Position numbers and translations under genes: made by a program. A DNA stretch of 64,000 bases from assembly GCA_047495785.1 (NCBI GenBank), contig JBLDXI010000032.1, forward strand, positions 3,286,001 to 3,350,000, written 5' to 3'. Under the pieces are notes generated by a model, which saw only the letters and a list, made by a program, of their open reading frames with translations, was not told the DNA's origin and ran no database searches. Positions 12,657-24,616 of the stretch are shown here, one piece after another. Position 1 is the stretch's first letter. Every line of letters begins with the position of its first letter. Source of the DNA: Lepidodermella squamata. Its lineage: Eukaryota; Animalia; Gastrotricha.

Positions 12657-14999
12657 CTAATTGACCGAGCTCACAAGTCTAGCGTTAGCGTACATAGGTA
12701 AAAAAGATACCACCGTACTTGTGACGGCTGAGCTAATTATCAAACCAATAGCCGATATCATTTGCTGAGTCACGAAACTGCTGACAGTTATCAGAATTAA
12801 GATAGTCGCAACAAATAGCGACGCCATATTGCTAGCAGCTAACCCGAGAAATTTGACTTCGCGACAAACTTGCAGATCCTGTAATTTTTTCACGATCCTT
12901 TGCGTTTCATGGACGACGAAAAGAGTTATCAACATAGGGATCACTTGCAGGACAGCGATGATGCCTAACCAGACTAGGCCGTATTTGGCCGATAGACAAG
13001 TCGTTGCATGATGGGTGATGTAAGTATCGCTGCTTTGATCATAGACGTAATTCGAATCGATCTGAGCGTTAACTGGGGTTGGCAAGTCCATTGCAAACCA
13101 AATGAGAAGAACTAAGCAATTTACAGCGATTAGGAAACAGCAAATTAATGCAGTGAATTTTCTAGTTTTCCCCTTATTTTCGTAACCAGTGGATTTGATA
13201 ACAGATTTTTCCGAATTAAAAACCCTATTCGTAATAGTTCGAAACGATTTTGTCGCCGTGTTCTCTCGACTATGATGGTGAGCGTTTTTTCTCAAATAAA
13301 TTTCCTGAATTTTGCTCAATTTGTAAAAAATCGAAACTATCATCAGAGCGATGCCCAGTGTAGCGAAAACATAGCGTAGAGGGCATAAAAACGCAAGGTT
13401 CGAGGAGATATCACTCGCCATGGAAGCCGCTGCTGCATCGGCTAGAATACACCCAATCGACACGAAAAATGCGCTCCAGTTCGAGGATTTTCGAAGAAAA
13501 ATCAGACCGAGAACTGAAATTTTCACAGCCATTCCCAACCCAGCTACGGCATAGATCGGCCCTGAAATTGATATAGGAAAAACATCGGTGATTTTTTGGA
13601 ATTGTGGATAATCATTCGGAGTTTTCCCATCGAGCGTAGCCCATACAACTGGGTTCAAGATTTGAACCTCGTAATCTTTGTTATCCATAGAATTTCCATT
13701 AGGCTTCAATTTCACCTCAGCACAAGCTTTCACCCCGCCATTAGGTAGCCATTGTGTGACCAATTGCGGCTCGTCGTCTATTTCCAACCGTTGTGAATAA
13801 CGCAGGCGGCCTACTCTCATTCCGAAAATATCCATTAACGGTGCTGTTTCATTCGCAGCCATCGCGATTTCTTCCGGTGAAGTTGCGTAGTCCTTCAGGG
13901 TCAAATTTCGTTTTTGCAGCAGCTTTTCCGTTTGATCAAGAGTTAAAATTGCTTGAAGCATGACGTCGTAGTAGGAATCACGGCGCATGAAGTCGGGTGG
14001 AAGTTGCTTCACATCCGAAAGGTATCGGCTAGCCAGAATTTTATCGAACTCGAGGCGGCTTTGATTCAGCGAACTAATCCGATTTTCGTCGATAGACGAC
14101 GAAACAGCCCCCACGAAGAACGAATACTTCAGCTGTTCGAGAATAACTGATTTCAAACAAGTCGCCGTCAATTTTTCAGGCATTAATTTAGGGTCGAGGA
14201 AAGAAATTGACGGTAAGACGAAGACGTAATGCGAACCGGTGATGCCAAATTTGTAAAAATGGCAAAGAAAAACGTAGGTCGTTAATAGTTCCGAGACTTC
14301 AAGAACAATCACTCGAGCGTTGCTTTCTTTCAGAGCTTGAACAGCCAAATCATCCTCGGCTGTGAAAACTGAGTCGAATCGTATAATTGCCAGGTCGTTA
14401 TTAGCCGCGTCGAACATTTTCCGAGCCAAAAGTCCGCTGAACGAGCTGAGGACGTGGTTGAAAATCGCAATTTTTCTCCATTTTCCAATTTTAAGAATAA
14501 AAGCTAGCCGAGCGAAGATGATTGAATCGTTCGGCAAACGGGTTCGGTACAAATTTTTGTAGATTCGTCGATTGTTTGAGACTATCGGGGTAGCACAACC
14601 GGGTGATATTGCGACGACGTTCAGGTGATGATAGAGCGGAGCAGCGGCTAGACACCCTGCACTGTAACCACCGTTGATCACCACAGGGCTCATGTATAAA
14701 CCAGGCAGGTTTTCGTATTTTCGCTTGAATTCGACGATATTAGAAACAGATCGCATGCTATTGGGTCCTTCGTCCCTGAAAACGAGCTCGAGTTGATAAT
14801 CTGGTAGGATATCAGTCCTGTTGTTGACATGATCGATGATCAATTGATTGACGGCTTCTGAAATCGTGCTAACCCCACCATCGACTACTATTGATGAGAG
14901 TAGCGCTAAACGGTACTTTTTATTCAGGCCAGATACCGACTCGAAACTTATGGCTAGAACCAATATTATCGTTGTTTTAGTTAGGCTGGTCATTTTCAA
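12657..14999 (-). CDS. Class C GPCR, GABA-B-receptor-like (Venus flytrap + 7TM, no Cys-rich domain), single exon
   Basis: 780-aa ORF with signal peptide, DHVNNRTDILPDYQLEL, YKNLYRT, GKWRKIA, ALKESNARVI, WATLDGKTPND and seven hydrophobic segments. Confidence 0.85.
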   Translation of the reverse strand: MKMTSLTKTTIILVLAISFESVSGLNKKYRLALLSSIVVDGGVSTISEAVNQLIIDHVNNRTDILPDYQLELVFRDEGPNSMRSVSNIVEFKRKYENLPGLYMSPVVINGGYSAGCLAAAPLYHHLNVVAISPGCATPIVSNNRRIYKNLYRTRLPNDSIIFARLAFILKIGKWRKIAIFNHVLSSFSGLLARKMFDAANNDLAIIRFDSVFTAEDDLAVQALKESNARVIVLEVSELLTTYVFLCHFYKFGITGSHYVFVLPSISFLDPKLMPEKLTATCLKSVILEQLKYSFFVGAVSSSIDENRISSLNQSRLEFDKILASRYLSDVKQLPPDFMRRDSYYDVMLQAILTLDQTEKLLQKRNLTLKDYATSPEEIAMAANETAPLMDIFGMRVGRLRYSQRLEIDDEPQLVTQWLPNGGVKACAEVKLKPNGNSMDNKDYEVQILNPVVWATLDGKTPNDYPQFQKITDVFPISISGPIYAVAGLGMAVKISVLGLIFLRKSSNWSAFFVSIGCILADAAAASMASDISSNLAFLCPLRYVFATLGIALMIVSIFYKLSKIQEIYLRKNAHHHSRENTATKSFRTITNRVFNSEKSVIKSTGYENKGKTRKFTALICCFLIAVNCLVLLIWFAMDLPTPVNAQIDSNYVYDQSSDTYITHHATTCLSAKYGLVWLGIIAVLQVIPMLITLFVVHETQRIVKKLQDLQVCREVKFLGLAASNMASLFVATILILITVSSFVTQQMISAIGLIISSAVTSTVVSFLPMYANARLVSSVN

Positions 15000-15376
15000 T
15001 AAAAATAACAGATCTTTCCAGGATCTTACTCTTTTACTCGTCTTTTATACCATGGGCAACGTACTTCCGAAATTGAATCCGGCTAATTCAAAGAAATTCC
15101 TAAGGATATAAATATCGCGTTCCTCAACCCTTCTTTCCGTGACATTCATGTCAGAAAAGAGAGGAAGGCGGGGGTGAATTGTGCTAAATCACACTAAATC
15201 GCTATCAGGACCAGGACCGGCGTCGATTTCCAGCTTCAGTTCAGCCCTTTATTAGTATGAAAATTCAAAGTGGACGAATATCGGAGTTAAAAATGGCTTG
15301 TTAGCCCACTCATGACTTCATGTCCACTAGATTGAAATACAGCACCTTCGTGTCAATGGGGTATGTCGTAGATTTA

Positions 15377-18300
15377 TTACTCAGCGATGGTTTCTGATAC
15401 TTTGCCTGTTTTTTCCTCGCAAAGAACTTTGTTTGCCACACTCTGTTCAATCAGGTCAAGCCGCGTGTACTCAGGGCCATTTTGATCAAGGTAGACTTCT
15501 GAAAAACAGGAAACGATTAACGGCGGTTGAACTAATTTGCCGCTCAACTTACTCAATTCGCAGTTGATCTTTTTCATACCCCGTCGTTTCGTGAGTCTTA
15601 GAACGAAAAAAATAGCGTCATAAACAATTCGAACAATGCTCAAAGGAGCTGGCAATAACAGTTTGTAATAGTGACTAGTAACAATTCGATAATAGCTGAA
15701 ACTCCACATCAACGTCGCGTCCGACCGCGTTTCCTCCACCTTAATCGACAACATGGCGATCAACATGTTCAACAGCATGATGTTGGTAAGGAAAATATAG
15801 ACAATCAGCAGCATAACAGCGACTAGATGATAATGCTTGCCCTCAGAGTCGCTTCGAATTATCAAATTAGCGAGGAAAGATGAGCTGTTAAGGTGGGTTT
15901 CGTTGTAGTAGACACTTTCAACATCTTCACGGCTAGTTTCCAACCCGACCCCGGCCAAGTTCCACCATCTGACATACAGGACCTGGAGTAGGATTGCGAA
16001 GAAATCGCCGACATCTCCGACTTCTTGCTTCGGGTTCAGTAGAGCGTGAATTGACACGGAAAACGCGAACAGTAGAATTATGTAAATTATCAAGAAAAAG
16101 ACCAGTTCCTGGACCTGTAAAAGAGATTTTAGAATTTTTAATAAATATTTTCCAAACTATACCATTTTGAAGAGGGTCATGACCTTGGGACCAAGCGCTT
16201 CGATGACGTAGAGAAATCGTAGCGAATTTATCCAGAAAATGAGGCACGAAAGCGCGTATGAAGTGTGGGCTAACGCGTACATTTCATTCGGTAAGATGCA
16301 CCTCAGGGCTATTGAAATCAACGTGAAAATAACAGCGACGGCGCTGATCATTCCGCTAGAATCTGACGAAAATGACTCGTTGATTTGATCGAAGGTCTGG
16401 GTCTCTTTCGAAAAGCTCTGAAAACAACGAATTTCGCAAAACGTAATTCTGGGTCGGATTCAGGACTAACCGAGTGGACTTCTTCAAGGAAGAGGCAGAT
16501 AGACCAGACCCAAATCACAACTTCCGTCGCGCTGATAGGCTCGGCATAGGATGTTAAAATGAAGTAGGTGAAAATCAGAAGGAAGACAATCATGGCAAGC
16601 TATAAACAAATGTTTACAAGTTTTCTCAAAAAGTTTAATTCGTGAGCTTACAAAATGGAACATAAATTTGACCATTGGCGCTGAATAGATGAATCTCAAA
16701 GCCTTGCCAGCTGATATGGCATTTCTAGGCAAATGGCGGCGCTTCCTACAGTGGTACAGAATGTAGGGTTCCAACAGGGTTGCTTCATTTTTAAGGCTGA
16801 TATTGCACGTTTCGTCATCACTGTCGTCTTCAGCAGTAGCCGTACTTGCCATAGCTTGTCTGGACATGACAGACGCGGTCGGGCGTTTTCGAAGCAAATT
16901 GTCGGCCCTGCAATCAGCAGTGTCTTCGTTGAAAATAGCTGACTCTACGTCGTGCTGACTATTACTCCTAACAACGACGCTGCCAGTCAGCTTTACATGG
17001 GTATGTTTTGCTTTGTAGTCCGTGGTATCAGGGGAAAATTGCATTTTCATCACAAAAAGCCAAGTCAATATTGGGAAAAGGGCCACGAAATAGACCTAAA
17101 GGAAAAAATATCGAAATATTTATAAAAATATTAAATTAAAATTTAGTTTGAAACTTGAATTATAAAATTTAATGAAATTTTAATATTATTAAAATTTTCA
17201 AACTAAATTTTAATTTAATATTTTTGAGAATTTAATTGAGAATTAATTTGAGAATTTAAAATTCTCAAATTTAAAATTTAAAATTCTCAAATTCTCAAAT
17301 TGAATTTCAAAGTTTTAAAATTCTCACAAGAGTATCAGGCGTGATGGATGCTATCCTTCCGTACCAAACCGAGTTGAGCTTAGCTTGAACAGCCGAATGG
17401 GCAATGAATGGCTTCTCGCGTCCATAAAAAGCCATATCCAGAACCGTTTTGCCCTGCCACATGCTCAGACTGCGGGTCAGCATTTTCAACGTAATTTCAG
17501 GCTTCGTGTCGTAAGCTTTCGTCAGAGTTGCAAGAGTCCTATCTCGCCAAGTGCTGCGGAAATTTAATGGTAAAATATCGATTCGATTTAGCATATTCTT
17601 ACTTGGCGATTGACAGATACTCCTCGGCTAAATCATGCATATCGAGCCGATGAGCGTGCTCACCCAACCGTTTCAAGAAAATTGTGCCGCTTAAGGCTGT
17701 TCCAATGTGTTCAGTCGACTCGCGCCAGACTAACTCGGCGAACTGAGACCGTCTCAGCAATAGGCTGAACAGAAAAATATCGCGAAGTTTTGTCGAATAT
17801 TCTGTCGATTTGAGGTAAGGACTAGATTCAACACCCTGACTCTGGCGTCGTCTCATCCTTGAAGATCGGCTCAAAATTGAAGACGGCCGAGGTAGGACGG
17901 AAGATCGGCGAGATTTTCGGGCTATAGCTAGGAGACGAGGGAAAAGAGGCGGATTGGCTTCGATAGCAGCTATTTCGTCCTCTTGGAAGGGGTTCGCCAG
18001 GATGCACCCCATGATTTCGGACAGAGCATCGCCGATTCGCTTTGCCAAATATCGCTTCGATCTCATCGATTTTTCCGCTAAATCCTCGGCTAGCTATAGA
18101 ATTAATAGTATTTTTCCCATGAAATAGCTTATTAAAATAATTTTACCGTATTTTTCAGCAACAGGCAGCTGAAAAAGCTCACAACAGCTCTCGACGCCTT
18201 CACTGATCGAGTGATGAATATCTAAAAGAATTTAATTTAAATTACAACCTTAAAAAACGGAATCTAACTCACGTTTGAGTAAAAATCGAGCATTTCTTCG

Positions 18301-20629
18301 CGGCAAAAGTAGGTGTTCAAATCGACTACGTCGTATTCGAGAAGCAGTTCGAAAAAGCTGCTTTGACCCATTTGAATAGCCCTAGCCATGCAGCGTTTCG
18401 GGTCGACGAATTCATTCAACATGGCGTGTTTGTCCTGTGAGCTTTTTTGCAATATCGAATGAGCTATTTCATTCTGGTTCCACTGCTGGGCAAGGGTGAA
18501 TAGCGATACAAGCGCCCTTGGGTCCTGCGATTTAGCCTTGAATATCGCCTTTAAAATTGCCTCGTCCAACGGGTCCGTGGATGCTGATTTTGATGCGAAA
18601 ATATTGACTATAGTGATCTGAAAACACGCAAATTAAATTAAAAAAATATTAAAAAAAATGCAAACCAATTTTAGGTCGTTGAGGCATCTCCGCAGTGACT
18701 CGGCTGTGAGTTGAACAATAGCAGGGTCGGAATAAAATTTGGGGCCAAGTAATTTAGCCATTGAAGGGTGACTTTTGACCTTCTCATCAAAATCGGGCGG
18801 GAACAAACTGTCATTGAGAGTTATTGAATTCTGAAAAATTTAGCCAATATCGACTTACTCAGAGCTGCCTGAGACCGTAGTCGAACTGCCCAAGAAACCT
18901 TCTGATGACCCACTTTCTAAAAGCTCGTAAGCATAAGCCAGTAAATCAGCCGCTCCTAATAAATTTTCCAAGAATTCAGTCTGGGATTGTTATCAAATAA
19001 GAGAAAATTACCTCCGAAACCAGGTAAAACCACAACAGGTCGCTTTAGGCCCTCAGTGTGTTCAGCACTACGTTTAGTCTTGGTATCGCCGCCAACACTG
19101 ACTTCAACCGTTTTCAGGGTATTAATACCGCCGCCGATAACCATTAAAACTAGGGGCGTCGAGCTGTTATTGTCATTCGATGCCGTTGATCCGACAGTTC
19201 GAAGCTCTTTCGCCGATAAATACGCCGTTAATTCAGCTCGAAAATTAATTTCCTCGCCGAAACGTTTCTCCCGCCCGTTGTCGATGAGCAGGAAATAATT
19301 ATGACCCGGGTCTATCGGTGAATAGCCGCCGACTCGGCCGCAATTGACGTAGTAGTCTTTAGGTTGCAGAGCAGCTTCTTCGCTTGAATTAACCATATTT
19401 TCGCGCTCGTCGACAATGCCCCAACTTGCGACGCCGATGCACGTGAGTTTCTGATCAGGGTGACTCATGTGGTATTTACTCACGGCCTCGCCAACCAGCG
19501 CCATTACACCGCAATTTGTCCCACCCGTCATCAGCCAAGCGTTGGCACTTTTCACAGCCTGTATGAGGCCTTCGTTAAATTTTTGGACAACTTGCTTGTC
19601 CACATGCGGCAAATCTTGAGCGAAGCCTGTGAAAAATATATTTTTAAATTTTGAATTAATTTTTATTATACAGCGTGTCCCAGAAAAGCTGCGCGATTAT
19701 TTTTTCAATTGTGCAACATTTTGTAGGAAATTCAAATAATTTTATTGAATTAAATCTCCCGAGAGATTATTCTATCTTTTACCCGCGATTTAACCAAAAA
19801 CTCGGAAAACCCCAATGGTAACTGGTTCTTTAATTTTCGGTATTATTTTACCCGGTTGGGCCACATTTCTCCGGACAAGCGACAAACTTAAAAACTATTC
19901 TCGTGATTTTTTGGATTTTTTTCTAAATTTTTCTGGCTAATAGAAGTGACTCCGACTCTCATTTTAGAGTTTCTAAACACGCTGTATTTATAATTGTTTG
20001 ATATAATTTCTATTTTTTTTGCGAAATTACCTGTGACTTCAATGATGAGCTGTGGCCTTGGCATTTTCCAGTGGAAAGTCATTAGATAGTATAAGTTTTC
20101 CTTGTAATCACTATCGCCTAAAATGCCTTGCAGTCGAAGGTATTTCGCCCTGGCGTTGTGAGCAATCGATTTCGGCTTCACATTTTCGCCCGGCTTGAAG
20201 GCAATCTCGCCAAAACTGTCGCATGGATACTCATCGGTATCGTTCAGGGTGGTCCAGGCACGATCTCGTCTAGGCGGCTCAAGACTAGCGGCTTCATTAG
20301 CATCGGCGTGAAGCGAATCCGAGTCGGCATTCGAATTTCTAGCCTCCTTAACTTGCCGCCTAATTGCATTTATTGACAAATTGCCGTGATTTTCATCTGG
20401 CGTCACCAAATTATTCTCACGGTGCCAATCAATTGATTTACCGCAAACACAATCTGTTCTGAAAAAAATTAGGAATTTTTTATTGATTTTAAGGTGGATT
20501 TTAGAAATCATACTTTTCAAGCTTTCCGCATTTCTGTTTCTCCTCTTCCCATTTCACTTGCGAATAACGCAAGCATCGCCGTAGTTTGAAATTCTTCCGA
20601 ATAAAATCAGCCTCATCCTGAGTCGTCAT
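15377..20629 (-). CDS. TRPM-like cation channel, paralog 2 (multi-exon)
   Basis: Start MTTQDEADFIRKNFKLRRC (ATG 20629). Motifs CVCG, DSFGEI, WLMTGGTNCGVMALVGEA, DPGHNYFLLIDNG, FIAHSAVQ, IYSAPMVKF, LGPKV, NIMLLNMLIAM, LPAPL. Confidence 0.9.
17124..17225. repeat. AT-rich perfect 30-bp inverted repeat in a TRPM paralog 2 intron, followed by aattctca repeats
   Basis: aaaaatattaaattaaaatttagtttgaaa (17124-17153) pairs with tttcaaactaaattttaatttaatattttt (17196-17225). Confidence 0.75.
19671..19984. mobile_element. Tc1/mariner-type MITE in a TRPM paralog 2 intron
   Basis: ta|CAGCGTGTCCC...AAACACGCTG|ta with TA target duplication; same family as 9323-9686. Confidence 0.75.
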
Positions 20630-20937
20630 TCCCCTTAGTTATTAAGGTGGTTTCTTAATGAAAATACGAGCATATTAGGTCCGGGTTGTAGTCGGTATTT
20701 AGTTATGCATGATAAACTGCGATATGGAAGACCATAGAATGGGGGTGCGATAAGGCCTTACAGTTATTACGGCTAGCCACGCTCAGACGCCTCCGACTTT
20801 TTATTGACACAAACGCCATGAATAAAATTACAGGAATTTCTTGTATAATCGTTTAGTACCTTGTTTTATTCAAACTATATACTATTTTCACGACCTAAAA
20901 ATCACAAATTGTCTATTATTGAGTTAATTTCAAGGCT

Positions 20938-22998
20938 TCATATGACGTCTGAGAACGAAAATTGCGCCCACCAATCTGCGGGTAGAATTTTCTCGCAGTC
21001 CATGCTCATCAGGATTTGTTTCGGCTGCTGTTCATTCGGGTCTGTGGCCTGGGTCAGACAACGACCTTTGACGCCCTGTGACTCGATAACCCCACTCAGG
21101 GTCATTGTCCACTTTTGCCGGTCATTGTGCGAGTCGCATTTCGAAACAAGGATGTAGCCTCTTTTCGGCGGCATTTCGAGGCAACGGCCGTCTAACAGCG
21201 CGATGAAACCGTTCTCTTGATGCAGGAAAAACTGAAAAAAATCGAGAAAATATTAAAATTTCAAAAAAATAAAAGAACTTGCGTTCGATTTTGAAAATTC
21301 AGAATCGCAGGGTGTGCTTAGCAGATGAGAGCCACCATCAGGATCAGCCTCGAAGCAAACGTGACCGTAAGACGCTAGCCGGCCGGTCTGGAATCTGCCC
21401 AAATTCAGCAGGTTTTCACTGCCACCGGTCATCGGCAAGAATTCTTTGAACGATTTGCAGTTGCTGAAAAGCGACGGGTTCTCTTTGTTAGCTTCAATCA
21501 CGCCAACATCTGGCAGGCCAAGTTTGTGGAAAGCAGCTTTCCGATGAGCTGAATCGTCCAACCACGTGATGATAAGGCGATTTTTCGTCGCCAAACTCAT
21601 CTCCGGGTCGAATTCGGCGCGGTCGTAGACAGACTGCGAGGCGACGCGGGCGCACTCAGCCGTGACAATGTGACCCGGCCGGTCATCGCCGTTGGTCAAA
21701 CACCGCCACGCAAAGTGGGCCAGATCAAGAGTTGTAGCGTCACGAAGCCGCTCTTGGCCGATATGTTCGAGAAAAGCGCGCCAGCCGGGCGAGTGGCTGT
21801 TCACGGCGAAAGCGTCCGGCAAAAACATTGGGCTAATATTTTCGTATGAGACATTCCATTTACCCGGATACGATTGAATAAACGGCTAAAATGAAAAAAT
21901 AGATTTTCACTTAAAAAAAAATTTTAAAATTTTTTTTAAAAATTAGCCAATAAGCAAATTAAAAAATGTTGCTTCTTATTGCTAGAAAATTAATAAAATC
22001 TTTCAACTAATTAATTTAAATTAATTAATTAATATGGGGTGCCAGCAGTATTTTCCCAATTTCCCCCATTTAACAGTAGTTTCACCCGAAATTGTCCTTA
22101 CCGGGTAGAATTGTGGTTTCATATCGATACCGGCATGTAGTTGGTTAAAATTAGGCTGCCTCTCCAGGAGGAGCGATCCGTTGTAGTCGGCTCGGAGTCG
22201 ATCGAAGTACGGCACTGAAATGAACGCATTGTCGCCATCAGTCGCTGGCGATCGAACTATCGGCCACAGCAAGTGCTCCAACCAGGCCGCATTACACTCA
22301 AGACCCGAGTGTAGAAACACCAAAAATTCGCCAGTCGCGTATTTCGACGCAGCTTCAATCATTTCGGCAAATAAAGTGCGTTTCACGGCAGATTTCGTTG
22401 AAACTAGCCGGAATGAGAAGCTAGTTGATTGACTGAGCTGACCAAAAAATTCCCTGTGGTTCTGGGTTCCGACATTTTCGTTAACCAGAACCAGTATTTC
22501 CATCTTTTTCGATAAATGGCTTGTCGTGAGGAGCAGACTTGACACTGTCAACTCGTAATCGTCAATCGTCGAATGACTCGGGTCTGGGACTAAAATCACG
22601 CTGATTTTCGAGTTGAATTGCGAGTTGAACGTTGACAACACGTTGTAAGTCGCCAGGTTTTCACATTCAAACGGCAGGCTGAGGATAGCAGGGTGAATCA
22701 ACTGGTCCAAATCGACGCCTAAAATCGTTTTCAGAGCTTCATCATTCGCCGCGATATCGTGGTCATGTTGCGGCATTTCAGGGATCGTCGACGACTTTTG
22801 AAGGCCGTAGTTGAGCCAGAAGAAGAACACGAAAACCAGGACGCCGAGGCATGTTAGCGAGAGCAAATTTCGAGCGAGGCTTGCGTGGAAACGGCGCCGC
22901 CTTGTCGCGACTTCTTTCATGCGAGACGCGAGAAAATTCGCGTTGAATCGCGATGCGCTAAACGGCTGGCGGTGGTCAGTTGTGAAAATGAACGGCAT
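20938..22998 (-). CDS. Polypeptide GalNAc-transferase-like type II membrane protein with C-terminal ricin-like domain, degenerate active site
   Basis: N-terminal TM, SVIL, EILVL, ATGEFLVFLHSGLECNAAWLEHLL (canonical LxFLDxHCE..GWLEPLL), LDLAHFAWRC, CARVA, ricin-like ...QKWT...CL...QFSF. Confidence 0.7.
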
Positions 22999-23209
22999 TT
23001 TTTCCACAAATTCAACTGAAATTTGAAAATGAACGCTCTTGCTCGATCGATGATATTGGCACGCGTTTTAGAGAAAAGCGTGTAAATTCAGTCATGCGTG
23101 AAAAATATATTTCTATGAATGAAACTAGAATTCACACACGAAGACTTGAAATTACTCCAATTTTATTTCGTATATTCTTATTGTTTACAAATCAAATAAA
23201 TTCTAGATT

Positions 23210-24541
23210 TCAGCTCGGCATATTCGCTGCCAGTCGACCCAGTAAATATTCGGTTGATCTGAAAGTTGAAATTGAATAAAAATTCGAAAATAATAAAAAT
23301 AAAATACCCGCATGCTTGAAGTATGCGTTTTAAGGCGTCGTTCAAAGCTGAAGTCGCATTTGCATCTCGATTTATAGATCTTTTCACAAAATTTTGAGGA
23401 TGAAGCCAGGTCATCTCAAGACTTTTCCTTAGTGAATTACTGTCGGAAAACGAGGATTCAATGTGACCAGGTTTGATTAGAATTTTAGCCTCGGGTACAA
23501 CCACCACTTTCGCGTTGGGCAAACAACGCCAAACGTACTGAGAAACATCGATAGGAAGCGCTTCATCGCCCAAATATTTCAAGAATTCGGTCACATTCTG
23601 CCAGGAATTGAGGCCTCTGTTAATAGCGAACATTGATTCGCCCACAAAATTGATTGCCGGAGATTCACGTTTAGCAACATAAAGAATTTCCTGAAAACAA
23701 ATAATAATTAAAATAAAAATAATAATAATAATAATAAAATATTAAAAAATACCGTGAATTTTAAAACTTGGGGCTGAAATTTTTTGCCCGCTAGAGCGCT
23801 GAGGAACCACGCCGAAATATTTATCGAAGAAGAAACCAGCTCTTTGGACAATAAAGGGGTACTAATAATGACTTCATCCTGCGGTCTGACAAGAGGCCAC
23901 AATAGATTTTCAAGCCATCCACAGCCGAGTCGAACAGTATCACCGCAGGGTGGCATGAAAACAACCAAGTCGTCAGAATCAGGTAGGGTGTCCAAAGCGT
24001 CGAGAAATTTCAAAAATCGCATGTCAACCGATGGTCTCACTTTGACGGTTTCGATAGCGTCGAAATCATGTGGGTAGTGCTTACTCGGGTCGAAAAAATT
24101 AGCCAGTGGTCCTTCCAAGGCGAAGACGTATTCGATACGGTGGAAAACCCGGCTGCCAACTGTCCTGCGGATCTGTTCAACCAAAGGCCGATAGCAGCTC
24201 GCGTGATTTTCGAGCTCAATTAGGAAAAATATTCGAATTTTGACATCAAGGTTTTCGATAATGTCAGCTAGTTGATCGGCTTTATCGGTGTTGAGATCAG
24301 ATTCGGAGCATGAATTAAATTCTTGAGAGATAGGTTCCGAAATCAATTCACCCGCTTGGTCGACTTGGTCAGGCGGGGAGACAACGAAAATTGCGGTTAA
24401 AAATAGGCAAATTAAAATTAAAATTACGACGCAACACGAAATTATTGAGAGCGTAGCCTTGCTTCGACTCTTGCTTCGAAGCCTGGCATCAACTTTAGAG
24501 CCAGAAAGGTCTGCGGGAATTAATTTCTCGTAATTCAGCAT
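23210..24541 (-). CDS. Second, more degenerate ppGalNAc-transferase-like protein, lacking the ricin domain
   Basis: N-terminal TM, GWLENLLWPL, MFAINR, IDVSQYVWRC. The predicted last exon GSTEYLLGRLAANMPS* places the stop at ~23210; the 3' end is uncertain. Confidence 0.55.
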
Positions 24542-24616
24542 TTTTCGAATAACCTCAAAACATGATAACGAGGGTTACAAAAAGATTTTTTACTAAATTA
24601 AAGCACGCGTTTAATT

